A stretch of DNA of 64,000 bases from Setoptus koraiensis. Taxonomy: Eukaryota; Animalia; Arthropoda. This document shows positions 60,257 through 64,000 of this stretch, in pieces. Positions within the stretch are counted from its first letter, which is position 1. Each line of letters starts with the position of its first letter. The position numbers and the translations under genes are program-made. The notes under the pieces are model-generated. The model had not been told where the DNA came from, made no database searches, and saw only the letters and a list, made by a program, of their open reading frames with translations. The stretch spans positions 23,560,001-23,624,000 of the forward strand of contig CM106586.1 in the NCBI GenBank assembly GCA_048013815.1, written 5' to 3'.

Positions 60257-63216
60257 GTGAGTCTATTCATTTATTTGTTTTGGCGTGTCTAGTTTCGGCG
60301 TGTTCGCATGCACTTGTCGACATTCGGCGTTGTCGAGCTTCGGCGTTGCGTCGTTCGGCTCTCGACTCTCAGCTCTCGACTCTCGACTGCCAACTCGCGA
60401 CTGAGTCAGTCGGACTGACAACGCGACTCAACGCCGCGCCAGCACAACCACACCAACCTTACGTAACACTATAATACTTACCTAACTATACAACTGGGCA
60501 CCTGTAACTTACAGGCCGTAAGTTTGTAAATAAACACGCCGCCAGCGTGAACAAAGTGCGCCAATATGCTGGCGTCTTGTCTCGATCATGAGCCATCGCT
60601 CAGATTGCTGCCCGTTGGTGCAAGCTTCGCAGCGAGCGCCACCGGCCGGTTGCTTGCGAACCGGAAGTGCCCTACTGGCCGCTCTCAACTGAGCAACTAG
60701 CCGACCTAAGTGCTAGCAGACACGCTCTTTTGATGGGCGCACACACTGTTCGAGATTCGAGAGCGACTGCTCGAAAGTGGCTGTTCGAAAGTGAGCTTTT
60801 TACGAGCTTTCACTGGCTGCCACTGTGCGCAGAGAGAACGCAGCCAATTGCCGTCTGTCTGTCGTTGGTGGCTTCGCTTCGAACTCGAAGCTCGCCGGCC
60901 GCTCCGAACTCGCTCATCAAATGTCGCTCATCAAATTTCGATGGTCGCTCCGAATTGCAACAAGTCGCTGTTGCGAGTCGCACAAGAGCCGCCGAGCGCA
61001 CATGTGAATCCGTCCACCAGAGCCACTCAAATTCTGTTTCTGTTGTGTTGGGCTGTTCGTTGGCCACTTTTCGCCAACACAGTCGGGCGGGCGGGCCCGG
61101 CCCGTCGACGAGAATCGCCGCACTGAAGAGGGGCACGTCTGGGCTAGCCGCATGCGACCGGTGCCGTGACTCGCGGGCCGTGCTCGATGGCTGCCCTGCC
61201 ACGCGACCGTCTCCACGACGGACAGCCCGCCGGTCGGACAGCCCGCCGGCCGGACAGCCCGCCGGTCGGATGGCCATGCGGTCGGACGGCCCGATGGTAT
61301 CGGGCCGGTGGTCGGCAGGCCGCAAGTGGCGAGCGCCGGCAGACGGGCCGTCGTCCACCCGCGCACTCGTGTGTGAGCAATAACAATAAATCGTATGTTT
61401 AATTATCTGATCCGATGTTGTTGCCGTTGCGCCACATTAATATTGGCCAGCGAGCCAGCGAGCGAGCGAGAGTTTCCATCATTTGCGTTATTTGCGTTAT
61501 TTGCATTATTTGCGTTGTTTGCGTTGCTTGCGTTGCTTGGGTTATTTGCGTAAGTTGCGTTGATGGCGTCGCTTGCGTTGGTCGCGTTGTTTGGTGCGTT
61601 TGGTGATTATCATTAGAGAGACGATCAAGTTTATTAGTCGACTGGCAGCGAGCTGCGGCTCGTTGCGTGTAATCGGAGCTTCTGTCCAATCCGTTATTCG
61701 TGTCATGTTTACGTTTGTTTTTGCACGGCTGTTGCCGTCGCCGTTGCTGCTGTTGTTGTTGTTGCTGTTGTTGTTGTTGCTGTTGTTGTTGCTGTCGCTG
61801 TCGCTGTTTCGGTCATTTGCATGCCGGCCGCATGGCTGGCGTGAGCCCGATGGCGGCCACTTGAGCGGCCAGCCCGTCGTTGCGTCTGTCTGTATGTGTC
61901 TGTTGATGGCATAAAGTGGCCGGATTGTGTTGCCCAGACAACTGATGCGGGACTGAGAGCCCGTTAATTAACATACGCACACAACAAGTGTATTTAATTA
62001 CGACGCCACTGGTCGCATAGACACTCACAAGTTGTTGTGAGAGCGACGGATATAAACACGGCGAGCACGCAAACGCAACATCGCCGAGCTTGCCAATTTG
62101 GCCGATACAGTTACATATTATATAGTTATAGTTATTAGTTACATACTCACTATTCACATACTGCCACTACGATACTATTCTCATACACACTGTACTCATA
62201 CACACTGTACTCATACACACTGTATGATACAGTCTGTATGAGGCAGGCATGGGCGATATTGGCTATATTAGGGTATCGCTGTCACACTAATTAGCAGACA
62301 CTTGTTGGCCCTGCGCCTGTGCCCATTGTCTCGCCAGCTAATGAGCTGCCAACAGCGTCTAGCCAGAGTCAGCTGATCGGGCTGATGCATACGCAATGGC
62401 TTGTTTACACTTTTTGTGACTCGCAAATTGTGAGCAATTCGTAAGCGATCCCATGCGAGAGTGATCGTGTTTCCAGATCATCCATCACTGGTCGCCGGTG
62501 CGCTCGCTGGCCTGTTTGCATTGGCGCACGAAGCTAAAAATTGCAGCCGCTCGGCCGCTAATTTGAGCCGCCGTCAATCATGGCAATCGCGCCAATAATC
62601 ATGGCGATAATCATGACGATAATCATGCCAAAAGTGATAGAGTTTGCAGCGCGCTAATTAGAGACCCGTTAGCCGTCAGCCGTCAGCCGAGCGCCGACTG
62701 CAGAGCCTCCGACACGCAGACCGTCCAATGCCGACCATTGCAGCCGAGAAAGGGGCTAGCCCAAATGGAAATCGAGAATCCCAATTTGGGCTCGAATCGG
62801 CGCTCGCTCTGCGCGCTCGGCGCTGCGCTCGTCCGATTGCAATTTGAATCCAAATTAAAATTCAAATTTAAATTTATGTGTGCCCATACGCGATTGTGTG
62901 AGTGTGAGTGTTTGTGTGCTTGCGACCAGCAACTGGACGGCGCCAGCGAGACGCAACATGACGCAACAAGCCTCTCGAACAGATATCACCTTGATCACTA
63001 TGCCGCTCTGCTTGCGATGCCACTCACTGGCAGTGAGTCACTGCTGCTCGCCGGCTGGTCACTCTCAACTGGTCACTCTCAGCTGGTCACTCGCCGGCTG
63101 GGTGTTGGTGCGCTCATCGTGATGGCGCGGTGTTGATTGTGGCGCCTAAGTGTGGTGCTAATAATACACGCTTGTGTGTGTGTATTGCGTAATGGCCAGT
63201 TGTAAACTTGAGACTT

Positions 63217-63240
63217 GTTGCCGTTGTTGTTGTTGCTGTT

Positions 63241-63280
<40 letters not shown>

Positions 63281-63296
63281 TTGTTGTTGTTGTTGC
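63217..63296. repeat. (GTT/GCT)n microsatellite
   Basis: Directly visible. Confidence 0.9.
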
Positions 63297-64000
63297 ATCA
63301 TCGCCGCAGCCAATGGCGTGGATGGAATGAGTTCATTCGCAAGGATTCACAACGATTCACAACGATGAGCCGTAAGTGGTTAGTGTCACTGACCAGTTAG
63401 TGACCAGTAGTGCAGTCCATCCATCATTCGCTCTTGTCATTTTGCAGCGGCGGCAACACACGACAGCATCAACAACAGCATCAACAGCAACAACAGCAGC
63501 AACAACAACAACAACCGAAACAACGGCGTCTTCTTCGGCCTCGGCATGCAGCCGGGCAGCCGGCCGGCCGGCCGTTCGCTGCCAAGCTCACTGAGAATAG
63601 ATTAAATGACAATGACCGTTATTTAGGACCTTCACTTTAATTTTGATTCTGATTCTGATTTTGAAGTGAGGCCATCAAGGCACCTAGTGGCTCAATGCTG
63701 GCTCAATGGTGGCTTTATGGTGGCTTTAATAATGGCTCAACAAGGCGCAACAAGTGCCAGTGTCCACTTTTATCCAGGCAACACCATTCATGCCACTTCA
63801 ACGGCGACTGCAATGCCGACCAATGCCGACCAATGCCGACCAAAGGCGATAAAAGTGCAAGTTGCATGCGCACGCCATCTACGTTATTTGCCTAAACTTG
63901 CCAGCTCAAACTAAATCGCCATGCCAACCGTATTAATCTGCCTATTATGTAATCATAATCTGTGTGCCGTCTTTAACATGTCGAGCATGTGCTGATTGAC

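Larger units (their letters stand above)
22300..64000. other. Gene-poor low-complexity region (putative regulatory landscape or giant introns)
   Basis: No ORF-track product shows a recognisable domain; most are translations of microsatellites. Dense short tandem arrays and repeated motifs. Confidence 0.6.

Noticed and set aside
22300-64000. Numerous 60-250 aa ORFs in the ORF track (poly-V/L/C/Q/T/N)
   Set aside because: They are translations of microsatellites and tandem arrays, often open in several frames on both strands, with no recognisable domain.
1-64000. Hox-cluster miRNAs (iab-4/iab-8, miR-10, miR-993) and additional homeoboxes
   Set aside because: No matching mature sequences or second WFQNRR-coding segment were found by eye. 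A proper search could still find divergent copies.

Overview
Eukaryotic (arthropod) genomic DNA. The short GT-AG introns (mostly 105-280 nt), a 49-bp gap between two genes and the (CAA/TTG)n-rich background suggest a compact mite-like genome; this is inference only. Left third: (1) an intronless, polyQ-expanded central Hox gene of the Ubx/abd-A class on the minus strand (2896-4443), bracketed by a diverged ~400-bp direct repeat; (2) a tightly packed island of non-Hox genes: an MGMT/AGT-family gene whose PCHR active site is replaced by GDHR and which carries a basic-then-acidic C-terminal tail, BAF, HADHB, and a 5-exon secreted acid-lipase-family gene bracketed by a ~1-kb direct repeat. Right two thirds (~22.3-64 kb): no recognisable gene and one plausible isolated coding exon. 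This region has many short tandem arrays and two strongly over-represented motifs, the bZIP palindrome TTACGTAA and the ZEB/Snail-type E-box CACAGGTGAG/CTCACCTGTG. It looks like a large developmental regulatory landscape or giant introns. Gene models were spliced and motifs counted by eye; no database searches were run. The most promising novel item is the catalytically rewired two-domain MGMT homologue.
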